Notes: generated from the sequence alone by a model not told the origin. 64,000 nucleotides of DNA from Octopus vulgaris (GCA_951406725.2 OX597818.1:46934001-46998000), one strand, 5' to 3'; positions 1 through 13,200 are shown, numbered from the stretch's first letter. A program made the numbers and translations.

Positions 1-293
1 TGTCACATAAGAATGTATAAAACCCTACACATGGCACCTGAATATAGATAAACTAATCAGTAAGGTCAGCACTGACACTAGGCCCAGCTGTCAGGTGGAT
101 AAGAGTATTATAACCCTTAGTGTAGAAATAACAGTTCCTAGTTTGAATCCTGTCTGGTACAATGAATACATCTGATAACACTTCGAGATCAAACTGATTG
201 AAACAGCATTTATATAATATATTTTAATCCCAAAAGTTTGAAAAATTATAACCTTAGTTTGATTGTGAAAAGGTATGAGACAACTTCACCATA

Positions 294-611
294 GGTGGAG
301 GCACATGGCCTAGTGGTTAGAGCAGTAGACTCGTGGTCAAGGGATCGCGGGTTCAAATCTCAGACCAGGCGATGTGGGTGTTTATGAGTGAAAAAAAACC
401 TAAGATCCACGTGGCTCCGGCAGAAGGTAGTGGCGAACTTCTGCTGACTCTTTCACCACAACTTTCTCTCACTCTTTCCTCCTGCATCTTGCAGCTCATC
501 TGCGACAGACCGGTGTCCCATCCAGGTGGGGAACCTATACGCCAAGAAACTGGGAAACCAGCCCTTATGAGCCAGGCATGGCTCGAGAAGGAACAAACAA
601 CAACAACAACT
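294..611 (+). mobile_element. SINE family C1 (tRNA-like head, (CAA)n tail)
   Basis: A box TGGCCTAGTGG and B box GGTTCAAATCT. Second copy at 6938-7245(-). Confidence 0.85.
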
Positions 612-676
612 TCACCATGAATAAAGAGCCATTTTTAAGTGACTACACAAAAAAGCTATAATTACTAATTACTTAC

Positions 677-739
677 TTAATAAAGCTCCACTGTGAAAAG
701 CTCCAGCAACCAAAGACTGTACACCAGAGATGCTATTCA
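677..739 (-). CDS. SERGEF: SERGEF exon 7 (LNSISGVQSLVAGAFHSGALL); gene continues beyond the window start
   Basis: ttttag| acceptor and |gtaagt donor, 63 nt, phase 1 to 1. RCC1 motif VAGxxHSxAL. Confidence 0.9.
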
Positions 740-1017
740 CTAAAAACCAAAAATAAAGTATTTCTTTAGTTTTGTGTAGTTGAACATTTTTTTGAGTTCA
801 TGGAATTTTAAAAATGATCATAAAATCATGGATTCTAAATAATCATTTATAAATCTGAACTGAAGGTCAAAAATCGGTAAAAATTTTTTGATAACAATTT
901 GCAGACATTGGCATATCAAAGTTTCTTGATCTATCCTGACATGTTGCATGATCTTTTTGAACAAAACACTTATTCAAATATTTCGTTTTTGGATTAAAAC
1001 TATTGAAAAGGTTGCAA

Positions 1018-1164
1018 GACGCAACAAAAATTTTAGGAAAATAAAAATAAGAAAAAAGTAGAAAATTTTACCGGTGAGTATGTTACATTATGACGCAATG
1101 AAAATTTTAGGAAAATAAAAATAAGAAAAAAGTGGAAATTTTACCGGTGAGTGTGTTACATTAT
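1018..1164. repeat. Tandem duplication, 74-bp unit x2
   Basis: GACGCAA..AAAATTTTAGGAAAATAAAAATAAG...ACCGGTGAGT.TGTTACATTAT at 1018 and 1092. Confidence 0.85.
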
Positions 1165-1399
1165 AAGGCACAAAAAGAAAATGGCTCTCCCCAGACACAA
1201 CAGAACTTATTCAAATGGTATCAATTGTTGCCAGTTCACTGCATTAACCATGTCTGGGTCGTTTGCTGTTTGATAGATGGGAGGATTATTACCTTGCTTG
1301 GAAACAGGTGAGAGTTGGCAATAGAAAGGACATCCAGCTATAGAAAAACTACCAATGAATTCTGTCTGACCCTTGCAAGTATGGATAAGTAAATGCTTT

Positions 1400-1805
1400 G
1401 GCACCCGGCAGTTGCCAGAGCCACTGGACTAACTCCTGTGCAGGTGGCAAGTAAAGAAACACCGTTTCGACCCTGTGCTTGAGGAGTCCTATTGAGTCAA
1501 GTACATCAACATCAAAAATCAATGGAAATTGTAGTTGTGATCCCTGTGCCGGTGGCACGTAAAAAGCACCATCCGAACGTGGCCAATGCCAGCGCCGCCT
1601 TGACTGGTTTCCATGCCGGTGGCATGTAAAAAGCACCCACTACACTCACGGAGTGGTTGGCATTAGGAAGGGCATCTAGCTGTAGAAACACTGCCAGATC
1701 AGACTGGAGCCTGGTGCAGCCTTCTGGCTTCCCAGACCCCAGTCGAACCGTCCAACCCATGCTAGCATGGAAAACGGACGTTAAACGATGATGATGATGA
1801 TGACG
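1400..1805 (+). mobile_element. Repeat family D (internal GCCGGTGGCACGTAAAAAGCACC subrepeats, (GAT)n tail). Copies at about 3095-3245(+), 4470-4615(-), 8580-8970(-), 9860-10208(-), 54820-55057(+), 57650-57985(+), 58690-58835(+) and 63200-63395
   Basis: Shared 3' module GTTGGC(G/A)TTAGGAAGGGCATCCAGC...CCAACCCATGCTAGCATGGAAA..CGTTAAA(C)GATGATG with variable 5' truncation, as expected for a retroposon. Confidence 0.8.
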
Positions 1806-2043
1806 ATGAAGATATATTCACAGCAGACTCTTGCACAGTTTCTATCTATCAAATTTCTTTCATACATTAGTTAATTCAAGCTAAAATAAAAGATGCCTAC
1901 TCAAGGTACCATACAGTGGTACTGAACTCAGAATCAAACTTCTTAGCCAGCCATACCTGTACCTATTGAACTATATTTCCATACTGAAAAGCAAAAGATT
2001 CTTTAATAATGAAATGACAACACTGCAGCAGCTTTTAACTTAC

Positions 2044-2142
2044 ATTTTTTCGGCTTCTCTTGTTTGGTTGGTAGTTTCTCAGAGTTTTTAAGTCCCAGTT
2101 GACCTCTTCTTCCAGCACCCCAAACAAAAACATCACCTGAAA
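2044..2142 (-). CDS. SERGEF: SERGEF exon 6 (ISGDVFVWGAGRRGQLGLKNSEKLPTKQEKPKK)
   Basis: cacag| acceptor and |gtaagt donor, 99 nt, phase 1 to 1. RCC1 motif GDVFVWG..GQLG. Confidence 0.92.
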
Positions 2143-2171
2143 CTGTGGTCACATGAGTTATTTATAAAATG

Positions 2172-2219
<48 letters not shown>

Positions 2220-2791
2220 CAAATATTATGCTTGTGAAATTTAATGTATATTTTAAGCAGCTCATCAGGGAGACAAATTTTAAATTTATCTAATTTATAG
2301 AAAAAATAATTTATCCTGGTTTTAAACTTATATCTAGCAAAAAGACATGAACTAACTCCTAAAATATGCTCTTTCTTTTAGACTGAGCATTGTCTAGTTG
2401 AATATAAAAAAAATGTTAATCAAGACATTTGACACCTGTCACTTTGAATGTCTTCTTCATCTTCCACTAGAAAACAAAATTCTTTTTAAAATGTATTTTT
2501 TACTTTTCTCCAATGCCTAACTGCATTTAAAAGAATGCTTACTCTACTCTCACTCTTTACTCTTTTACTCGTTTCAGTCATTTGACTGTGGCCATGCTGG
2601 AGCACTACCTTTTTAGTCAAGCAAATCGACCCCAGGACTTATTCGTTGTAAGCCTAGTACTTATTCTATTGGTGTCTTTTGCCGAACCACTAAGTTATGG
2701 GGGACGTAAACACACCAGCATCAGTTGTCAAAGCAATGTTGGGGGGGGGGGGCAAAGACAGACACACAAACATAAACACACACACATACAT

Positions 2792-2834
<43 letters not shown>

Positions 2835-3274
2835 TTTGTCAAAATATGTTGAAATAAAGTATTTAACTCTTTCACTACCAAACTTCTGTTGAAGTACACT
2901 GTCATTGTTTCAGTTAAAAATAATGAAGAATTTAGTAAAATAACTTTGTTATTATTACATTGCTTTTTGGGACATAAATTAACAAGAAATTTTATGGTAA
3001 GGTCCTAATTTAGAGCAATTAAAAAAAAAATTTGTAGACCCAAAGGTGGTCCTAGATGAGTTAGTATCAAAAGGGTCAATAAATTTTAAATTTGATGGCG
3101 TTAGGAAGGGCATCCAGCCGTAGAAACACTGCCAGATCAGACTGGGCCTGATGCAGCCTTCTGGCTTCACAGACCCCAGTTGAACTGTCCAACCCATGCT
3201 AGCATGGAAAGCGGACGCTGAATGATGATGATGATGATGATGATGCATCATAAAAACAGTTTACATCACTTTAC

Positions 3275-3377
3275 TTGTCAAAGCCATGCTGTGCCTCATC
3301 CCTGCCACAACGTGGGTAACCATACATGATCTGTCTCTCTCACTATCACTGTCTTCTGCTTTGATGGATATTTCAAC
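3275..3377 (-). CDS. SERGEF: SERGEF exon 5 (VEISIKAEDSDSERDRSCMVTHVVAGMRHSMALT)
   Basis: ttacag| acceptor and |gtaaag donor, 103 nt, phase 0 to 1. AGMRHSMALT resembles SERGEF AGLRHAVAAT. Confidence 0.92.
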
Positions 3378-3641
3378 CTGTAATGTAATCAGAATGGAAT
3401 ATATGCCATTGCTTTTCAAAACTCAACAAAATAACAACAATCTTCATGTCATTTAAAAAAATATACAGGGTTGAATATTTTTAAAATTAATAGTATGGGG
3501 GAACTGAAATTAGTAAAACCAATTTAGAGCTTTAGTAGGTATCAGCGAGCAGAAGATTTGTCAGAATCGACAATGAACATATGTTAGTTTATGTCAGACA
3601 AATGAGTGCTCAGTACATGTTATAGAGGATATTAATTTTTT

Positions 3642-3764
3642 TTATTGAAACTAAGAGTTTGTCTCAAGACTTGAGTTTCACACCACTGATTTATCAGGCG
3701 AAAATCTGAAGATTAAAGTGACATGAAACCCAAGTCATGAGACAAACTGTTTCAGTTTCAATAA
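3642..3764. repeat. Imperfect inverted repeat (about 40-bp arms) in a SERGEF intron
   Basis: TTATTGAAACT..AGTTTGTCTCAAGACTTGAGTTTCA pairs with TGAAACCCAAGTCATGAGACAAACT..AGTTTCAATAA. Confidence 0.8.
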
Positions 3765-5423
3765 AAAAAAAAACTGTGTGTGCGTGTAGGAATATTGATG
3801 TCTTAACATGTGTATATAAAGTATCCTCTTCACCAATGAAAATAAGCTAGCAAAGGTCCCACCACAAAGACTCTGACACAATATGTTAAATTCTATATAA
3901 GTTTGCAGCTCTTATGATATGATTTCTTTACAACCAAACCCATCTAACTAAAACTATGACCGATGTAACAAACAACTGGATACTTTACTGCTATCCAAAC
4001 TTTATTTCACCTACCTTCTTGTTTCAACTTTTAAATTATGCCTTTTTGCTTCTGCTTGTTCAGGAGAAAGGAGCAGTGGCCATAGTTTTCACATGCCCTC
4101 CTAGACCAGTGAAGTTCCTCTTGAACTTTTGCAAGTGAACACCTGCAGGAAAAACATGGGCAGAGAGGAATTCCAGTGGATCGATATTCTGGGGGAGGAA
4201 AGACTGACCAGTCATTAATGTGGGACCAAGGAAAGAGGGGGTACAACGAGAGTGATGACAAGAGGAGAGACATGTGATGTAGAAATGCCTGAGAAGAGCA
4301 GGCATAAACTTAGCCAGTTCCAAGGAAAAGAAACCATTATAATATCAATCTATAATTACTGTCCAAAATATGAGCCTTGAACTTATGTATAATCCACTTT
4401 CAAAGTTTAAAAAGTAAACATAAGGTCTTAAAAGTATAAGTGTTAATTTAGTTGATAATCTTTCTCCTGATTCATCATCATCATTTAACGTCTGCTTTCC
4501 ATGCTAGCATGGGTTGGACGATTTGACTGAGGACTGGCGAACCAGATGGCTGCACCAGGCTCCAATCTGATCTGGCAGAGTTCCTACAGCTGGATGCCCT
4601 TCCTAATGCCAACAAATTAACAGCTCAATTAACATAAACAAATCACATCTAATTTATGGATCGTTCTCAACTCTTTCACTTTGTGAAAGCTATAGGCACT
4701 GTTCCTTCCTCCAGAACAAGCAAAAGTTAAAAGTCATAATTTGAAAGTTGAAGCAAGTAGGTACGTGAAATAAAGTTCGGATTTCAGTAAAATATCAAAG
4801 TTTCCTGAGAGTTGAGATAATCTCACAGTAATCTTACAGCAACATACAAGTAAATCCTTAGGGGACACAAATCTGTGAATCAATTTCAGTTTCCAATTGA
4901 AGGCACTTCACTGCTTTGGGAGTTTAAAACCCGATGGAACCATGGCCTGTGACATGTCTTGGGCATCTAAATATGTATAACACCTCTTAACTTATTTATT
5001 TAAATTCATACAATTACCTAAGTAAAAATCAAAATCAAAATGAGATATGCAAACTATATTGCCCAAAATCATCACAACTCATTTTATATACTTAAAAACT
5101 TATCAACCATTCAAAGTAGGTTTAGGTATTGATTATACTTGCACAATGAGTATCAAAGAGATTGAAGCATTCCATTGTTGTCTCTTTTTGTGTAAGGCAG
5201 AATAAGATTTTTAACCTAAGCATGGAAATTAATTTTGTGAAATTCTTAATTTGAAATTATCTCTCCTTTTTTGAGAGTTGTTAAAATTTTATGCTCAATA
5301 TTCTGTTTTTGGTTCTTCAACTATGAGGGAAATGCGAAATAATTAAAAAGAGTGTGTATGTGTGTGTGTACATCATTCAGTACATTACACCTTAACTAAT
5401 TTAAATAAAAATCAAGTACTCAC

Positions 5424-5503
5424 TGGGAGAAGTGACTTAAGAATACCCGTGACTCCAAGCTGACCAAAAGTGTTAGATCCCCATGTGAATACACGACCTT
5501 CAT
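5424..5503 (-). CDS. SERGEF: SERGEF exon 4 (DEGRVFTWGSNTFGQLGVTGILKSLLP)
   Basis: atag| acceptor and |gtgagt donor, 80 nt, phase 1 to 0. Canonical RCC1 motif GxVxxWGSNxxGQLG. Confidence 0.95.
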
Positions 5504-5684
5504 CTATTAAAAAGGAAAAATAATGCTTAATGAAAATAAAAAACTATTTAACAGAGATATTGGGTAATTTTGTAGCAAAGCAAATGTGAGTGTGTGCATA
5601 TGTGCCTGTAATTGTGCATATGAGAGAGAGAGAGAAAGAGGGAGTAATTTAGTTATATTAAATATATTAAAGCTGGTTACTAAC

Positions 5685-5837
5685 CTGTAAGTGCTATAGA
5701 GAAGTCCCAGCCAGCTGTAACTTGTGTTATTTTATAAGATGAAAGGCCACTGACTTTAAGGAATGTATTAGGCATTTTGTCATCTTGACAAGATTCTTCC
5801 TTACCAATGGCACCAGAAGAATATACAATTCCATTCT
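5685..5837 (-). CDS. SERGEF: SERGEF exon 3 (KNGIVYSSGAIGKEESCQDDKMPNTFLKVSGLSSYKITQVTAGWDFSIALT)
   Basis: Polypyrimidine tract + gcag| acceptor and |gttagt donor, 153 nt, phase 1 to 1. QVTAGWDFSIALT resembles SERGEF QVACGWDFTIMLT. Confidence 0.93.
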
Positions 5838-6937
5838 CTGCAAGAAAAAAAAATCTTTGGTCATGAAAGTATATCACTTATTTATAATTAAATAGTCTTA
5901 CATACTAGAAGAGAGCACAATACATATTATCAAGGTTCCCCATTTCGTTGATATGATTGTCTTTCTCTGTGTTACTATGCATGTCTCATGTTTCAACCCA
6001 AATTGCAATTTCTCAAGTAAAAACTCATCAACTGCCACATACAACACTTGTTCATATCATTCTGTATATCTTATTGCAAGAATAGTAAAATGATTTTTAA
6101 AATTTTGGTACAAGACCATTAATTTCAGAGGGAAAGCATTAGTTAATTACATCCATTGACTCTACTACATGACTCTCTTTTACTTCTTTCAGTCATTTGA
6201 CTGTGGCCATGCTGGAGCACCGCCTTTAGTCAAGTAAATCGACCCCAGGACTTATTCTTTGTAAGCCTAGTACTTATTCTATCGGTCTCTTTTACTGAAC
6301 CACCAAGTAACGGGAACATAAACACACTAGCATTGGTTGTCAAGCGATGTTGGGGGGACAAACAGACACACAAATATATACAGACACATACATATATACG
6401 ATGGGCTTCTTTCAGTTTCCATCTACCAAATCCACTCACAAGGCTTTGGTCAGCCCGAGGCTATAGAAGAAGACACTTGCCCAAGGTGCCACGCAGTGGA
6501 AATGAATCCCTAATACATGACTAGGTACATTATTTTGTCAACTTCAAAAAAATGAAAGCAAAGTTGACTTTGATGGAATCTGAGCTCAGAATGTAAAAAG
6601 CAGGAAGGAATACCAGTAAGCATTTTGTCCAATGTGTTATTCTGCTAGCTCCCTACCTAAAATAATACACATCTGTAGCTGTTGTTGCATAAATAGGTAG
6701 CGGGGCTCTGAAAAGGATCTCAGGGAGTAGCGTCCCTGCCTTCCTGAACTAGTTTTCCACCACATTTCTCAAAAATCATGGTAGAAGCCTTGGTCTCGGG
6801 ACCACTCATGTCTAGAAACTGAGGTTGGGGGTAAGCAAAGGCATGCTCTCCATAGAAATCCAGCTTCAAAAAAGCCTCATGATAGCAAAGTTGAATGGGC
6901 ATCAGGTTGGGGTGGGTTGCACCTGCCTGCCTCAGTT

Positions 6938-7245
6938 GCTATGTTGTTCCTTCTTGAGCCATGCCTGGCTCATAAGGGCCAGTTTCCCAGTTTCCTTAGC
7001 ATATAGGTTCCCTACCTGGACGGGACGCCAGTCTGTCGCAGGTGAGCTGCAAGATGCAGGAGGAAAGAGTGAGAGAAAGTTGTGGCAAAAGAGTCAGCAG
7101 AAGTTCGCCATTACCTTCTGCCAGAGCCATGTGGAGCTTAGGTGTTTTCGCTCATAAACACACACATCACTTGGTCTGAGATTTGAACCCGTGATCCCTC
7201 GACAGCGAGTCCGCTGCTCTAACCACTAGGTTATGTGCCTCCACA
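6938..7245 (-). mobile_element. SINE family C1
   Basis: Reverse complement of 294-611. Confidence 0.85.
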
Positions 7246-7814
7246 GTTGCTATGGAATTGAGGTAGATCCAGCCACCCCCATTAATGGGGACAAAACCCA
7301 GATTTAAAACACTGGACGATGATGATGATGATGATGTTGTTGTATAGACCCAGGAGTAATACTGCATGCAGGCGGTTGACCAAACTATAAGGCATGTCCC
7401 AGAGATTCAGCTTGTTAGTTATACCATGTTACCACCAAGCTGAGGACCATACTGCATACTCCAACATGCAGCTATAAATTGTATGGACATGTTACACTCA
7501 CCCTGTTGTTTAGTCTATTTCTGTACATCCACTGATTCTGTCCATGTGGTCATGCCCAAAAATTGCAGCTACATCCTTCTCCCTAATGTCCTTGTCTTAG
7601 TCAAGAGGCTTACTCCTGACTACCAATCTACAAAACCAGTTAAAATACTTCTTACTTTGTATTTTGTGTATTTTGACTAGTTCTAGTACACTTTGCCTGT
7701 CAGTCATTTTTTGCTTCTTACAGTTAAAAATTGTAAACTACATTTAAAATGGTTGGTCAACAAAAGTATTCTGATTGAAATTTCTCTTAAACTTAAGTGG
7801 AAATCTTAAACCCT

Positions 7815-8157
7815 TTTACCCGTTTCAGTCATTTGACTGCGGCCATACTGGAGCACCACCTTTAGTCGAGCAAATTGACCCCTGGACTTATTCTTTGTAA
7901 GCCTGGTACTTATTCTATCGGTCTCTTTTGCTGAACCACTAAGTTACAGGGACGTAAACACACCAGCATTGGTTGTCAAGCTATGTTGGGGGGACAAACA
8001 CAGACACACACAACAGGCTTCTTTCAGTTTCCTTCTACCAAATCCACTCACAAGGCTTTAATCGGCCCAAGGCTATAGTAGAAGACACTTGCCCAAGGTG
8101 CCATGCAGTGGGACTGAACCCAGAACCATGTGGTTAGTAAGCAAGCTACTTACCACA
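7815..8157 (-). mobile_element. SINE family A. Further partial copies at about 2553-2830(-), 6175-6510(-), 10490-10683(-), 28910-29085(+), 30320-30665(+), 36178-36520(-), 37875-38185(-), 54480-54720(-) and 55065-55240(-)
   Basis: Reverse complement of the family A consensus seen in this window. Confidence 0.82.
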
Positions 8158-9497
8158 AAAAAGATTTGGCTACTTTTAAATGATTTTTTTAGTTACTTAA
8201 AAACTTTTATGATATAATCATCTCCATAACCAATCAAATTAAATTGCTAATTATCTTTAACTCTTTAAGCTCTATATAAATCAAATTAATTATAACTATG
8301 ACCTTATCCTTTTCACTCTGAGAGGCCTCAGAGGGAAATTGCCCTTACTCTTTTTAGATTAATAATTAAAATTTTGATTTCCTTCTTAATTTAAAAGTAA
8401 TTGTGAAGTTGAAGTAATCTTTTTCTAATTAACATTAATCAGGTATTAGAAAGGAAATGATTAGAACTTTGCATCATCTTATAGGCTTGCTTAATCCTAT
8501 GGTATAAAATTTTTGTCTTAAACTGATCTGATTTAAATTCTTTCATTAAAATTTCATGCTTTAGTCCAAAAATCAACTTAATCATCATCATCATCATCAT
8601 TTAACGTCCGTTTTCCATGCTAGCATGGGTTGGATGGTTCGACTGGGGTTTGGAAGCAATGGAGGCTGCACGAGGCTCTAGTCTGATTTGGCAGTGTTTC
8701 TACAGCTGGATGCCCTTCCTAACGCCAACCACTCCGTGAGTGTAGTGAATGCTTCTAACATGCCACCAGCACAGGGGCCAGAGCAGGCTGGCAAATGGCC
8801 ACGATCGGTTGGTGCTTTTACACATCACCGACACGGATGCCAGCCAGGTGGTGCTGGCATCTGCCACGTTCGGACGGCGCTTTTTACGTGTCACTGGCAC
8901 GGGTGTCTTAACTACAATTTCCATTTGAATTTTTATTTTGATGTTGATATACTTGACACAATAGGTCTCCTTAATAATGATAAAGTTATTTTATTAAATT
9001 CTTCATTATTTTCAAAATTAACTGGAACAAAGACAGTGAATTTCAACAGAGATATGGTAACAAAGGGTTGAGGATTAACTTAGATCAAGGTTCTTATCAA
9101 CTGTTAGGCTTCTTCTAGAACTCTTTTCTTAGTTGACAGCATATTTCAAATGGAAATGAGATAAGCCAGATTAGTGGCAAGCATTTTCAGTTTTCTGTCT
9201 GGCATCTAGGAAAAGTAACTGAACATTGAAAGATCAAATGAAATTCTTCATCAATTAAACTCACAGCTCACAGCACTGAACCACACTCCATATTGTCTAC
9301 TGTCTACCACACCTCCTCATATTGTCATAATGGCTAGGTAGAATAAGCCAGTCAAAGTAGTTTGATGTTTTTGCAAGGGACACAGTTTAGCGTTAGTGCT
9401 TTAACAACACAACTAGTATAGACTATAACTTTCTAAAATAGTTTTTTTATTGTTGTTTATAATGGTTTATAACTTAAATAATGATAAAATGACTTAC

Positions 9498-9636
9498 TGG
9501 TGACTAGTAAAGAATGACCACCACCTCCAGTAATAGATAAAATGTCTTCAAATGAACAAGTGTTTTGTACAATTTCAGTAGGGACACTGAGATCATCTGA
9601 CTGCCCTTGAGCCAGTTGTCCATGGCTGTTTGACCC
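9498..9636 (-). CDS. SERGEF: SERGEF exon 2 (GSNSHGQLAQGQSDDLSVPTEIVQNTCSFEDILSITGGGGHSLLVT)
   Basis: ttacag| acceptor and |gtaagt donor, 139 nt, phase 0 to 1. RCC1 repeat with the characteristic ITGGGGHS motif. Confidence 0.95.
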
Positions 9637-10209
9637 CTGTAATACAGAACATTAAATGCAGATCATTAAACAGTAATTAATCAGATGAGTTCTTAGTTAA
9701 ACATTGTTAAATGTTGATTTCAGGAGTAGAATAATTAAAATTTTATATTTTATAACTGATATAAGGATATTACCATAGCTTAATTGAATTTTGGCTAATT
9801 TATCTTTGCTTATTCTAGGACAATTATATTTTCTATTCTTTTGATTATATATATATATATCATCATCATTTAACGTCTGTTTTCCATGGGTTGGACGGTT
9901 TGACCGGGGTCTGGTAAGCCATGGAGGCTGCACCAGGCTCCAATCTGATTTGGCAGTGTTTCAACAACTGGATGCCCCTCCTAATGCCACTCTGTGAGTG
10001 TAGTGGGTGTTTTTTACGTGCCACCGGCACAGGGGCCAGAGAAGGCTGGCAAATGGCCATGATCGGTTGGTGCTTTTATGTGTCACCGACACGGACGCCA
10101 GTCAGGCGGCGCTGGCATCTGCCACATTCGGACGGTGCTTTTTACGTGTCACCGGCACGGGTGTCTTAACTACAATTTCCATTCGAATTTTTATTTTGAT
10201 GTTGATGTA

Positions 10210-10246
<37 letters not shown>

Positions 10247-13200
10247 CGTGTGTGTTTATAATTTTAACATCCATTTTTTCCATGCTTGTACGAGTCAGCT
10301 GGAATTCACTGAGCAGATTTCCTATTGTCAGATGCTCTTCCTGCTGCTAACCCTCACCAGCTTCCAAGCAAGGCAGAATCTATTCATGGCCAGACAAGTT
10401 TTTTCACAGAAGATCAGAAATGAACATCACTTGATTGACGGTGATGATTGCTTACTATTTCATGATGTCAAGACTAGGCGACACTAACATACACATACCT
10501 ACACACCATATACATATACACATATATGACAAGCTTCTTTCAGGTTCTATCTACCAATTCTATTCATAAGGCTTTGGTCAGCATCTTGTTATAATACAAG
10601 ACACTTGCCCAAGGTACCATATAGTATGAATGAACCTGAAACTATGTGGTTGGGAAATGATCTTCTTAACCACACAGCCATACCATATATATGTGTGTGT
10701 GTGTGATCATGTAGAGTAAAAAAGGAATACTTGGTCTTATATTTTCTTCATTCAATCAAAGACGCCAATTTTTATAGATTCTTTTTCAGCAAGTCCTGAG
10801 CTCATATATGAGGAATGAAAATGAATAATCTTTTAGAATTACTGTCTTATAAGGAAGTTTTTCATGAGACCACATATACAATGTAGTAAGACTGATTTTA
10901 TACAAGATATCGATAATTACTATTTAATGCTTTGATGATAAACATAACTGTTAATACAATTATGTGAGGATTTGGAGGCAGGTGGGGGTTATGGGATTAT
11001 AATTAATAACAATAGGATGATGGCATAATAGAATTTGTAGAGCACTAAAGTAAATGCTTAACCTTTCTGTGCATTTTAAGCTCAAATTCTGCTTGCATCA
11101 ACTGTCTTTTCTTCTTGCAAGAAGTACCAGGTGTGTATTGATTGAACTTAATTAACACGATCTCTTCTCCACAAATTTGTGGCTTTGTGAGAGTTTAATG
11201 TTTATAAACTATTTAAATAAAACTATACTTTATATCAGTATACAGTCTGAATTATGAATGGCAGATTAATCTTGAAATATTTTTGTATATAAGGTTGAAG
11301 ATTTGCAAAGCACTTTTATTAACACTGTATCAAAAATACTATTTGGTTGTCAGAAAATTATGCTCATTTAAGTATATCAACAAAATTGTTTTCTGCAATC
11401 TTTCAAATGTAATCAAGTATTTTCTGACAATGATGGACTTTGTTCTAGTGGTTCTCAAACTAAAAAATACCACACCTGCCAAAAAATAGTGGAACAAGAG
11501 GGGTACAGCCCTATTCTAGTAATTAGAGAATACAGCTTGTATCTATGTAACTTCTTTCTTTATCGTTCTGTTGAATAGGTTTAAACCACATTAATTTCAT
11601 TAAACATGACAATTTGTCAGCCTCACAACTTTCCTCTTCCTGAAAAATACTGCTCTAGTCCACCATCCTGATCTTTGTCCATCCCTATATCTACAGAACA
11701 TTAGATTACAAAATTACATAACTTTCAATAGAAACCATTATGTACAGTTCAGACAAAAGATTAGAAACTTGAAGTCACAATTTTTGTTAAAATCTCTTAT
11801 AAAAAAATGATTTTATGATAAGTCCGGCAAGTGTATTTTAGAGTTACTTCCCTTGCACATATTTTTTCTATTTACTCGCAGAACGAAGTTGACTTTCGAT
11901 GACAAAACTGTTTCAATATTGCTCTTTTGACGCAGTAAAAAAAATTGTTATCTAAATATTTCAAAATTTTCAAATCGGTAAACTGAACCTTAACTAATAA
12001 TACCATTAAACAGACTAGATATCACCATGTTAGCTGATCACCGAGACACGTTACAATTCCATGTCCGCTTTCTTTTAAAGTCAGTATTTCAGTGGAATAA
12101 ATATGTTGCAGAATTTAGTTTCGGTTTTAAATATAAATTCTGCCTGGATCTAATTATTCAAAAGGTCACTGTTGTTTAGTCCCCCAAGTCGGCCACAATC
12201 GAGAAAACCCATGATAAAAGGCATTTAAACTATAACCATTCGGCCTTATATTGAAAAAGAATAACGCCAGGACCGCATTATGTAACGCATTCCTTTTTAC
12301 GATAAGGTGCGGTTTGAGGGATATTTGGCAGCTTCTTCTAACAGGAAGAGCGACTATGTAGAGGCTCCTTGAATTGAGAATTCAAGGGTTTAAATAAGTT
12401 CGTGTACTGTGGGAAGAAGAGGAATCTGTCCGTCCGATTTGGGACTGTCCCATTGATTCAGAGGAAATATTTTTACTAGTGTTGGTCATCGAATCGCCGC
12501 TAGTGATAGACTTCATCAAAAGAAATCAATACTCGAAGTAAACCACCATACATCGTACCATTAAACATAACCACTTTAGGTTGTTGTTTTTTTAAATTAA
12601 GTAACCGGTGTTTGTTACTTTGAAATTGAGAGACATCCCTATCGAAATACTTTTAGAACATTTCTGTATATTTCAATAGTAATTTTTTTTAAATGCTATA
12701 TCAAATCTTGAGAAGAAAAAATGTTTGAAAACGGAATTAAACTGGTATTTTCGCATATTATTAAAATTATAAAATAACAAGCGCCGAAGAGAATTCATAC
12801 AAATCAAATTCGATTAGTGAGGTTGTCAAGTTGAAGGAAACAAATTAAAAAATCGGCTTGATATATATATTTTTTCTAACTGCGAACAAAATTATTCAGT
12901 TTATGAGAAATATTGTAACGTTCATGTTTCCTTAAAGGAACAAAAGTGAAACAGTAAGAAGCCAAAACCTGAAACCGTGTCGCAGTTTCAGCTTTCCTTT
13001 TGCTCAAATGACGCACCAAGATTGATAAATATTAGAAAAATAATAGATAAATATTATTTGAAAGTACTAACACGAAGAAAGCTCATTACAATTTGATATT
13101 AATTAGGTTTTTAGATAGAATACATAAAAAACGCAGTACTGGTGTAAGTAAAGTATATGAAAGCACCTCTCCAACTTGTTGCTTGTTCATTCTTTATTTC

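Noticed and set aside
1-40. Possible next SERGEF exon after the acceptor ATTCAG on the minus strand
   Set aside because: The required phase gives AMCRVLYILM* with no RCC1 motif; the true exon is probably outside the window.
80-160. tRNA-like sequence with A/B box remnants
   Set aside because: No convincing cloverleaf and a degenerate B box (GTTTGAATCC); more likely an old SINE head or pseudo-tRNA.
294-370. tRNA genes at SINE heads (also 42765-42838 and 58950-59025)
   Set aside because: They continue into repeated SINE bodies and lack a proper acceptor stem.
2220-2280. Minus-strand CTGATGAG followed by GCTT...AAGC
   Set aside because: No GAAA and no stem III.
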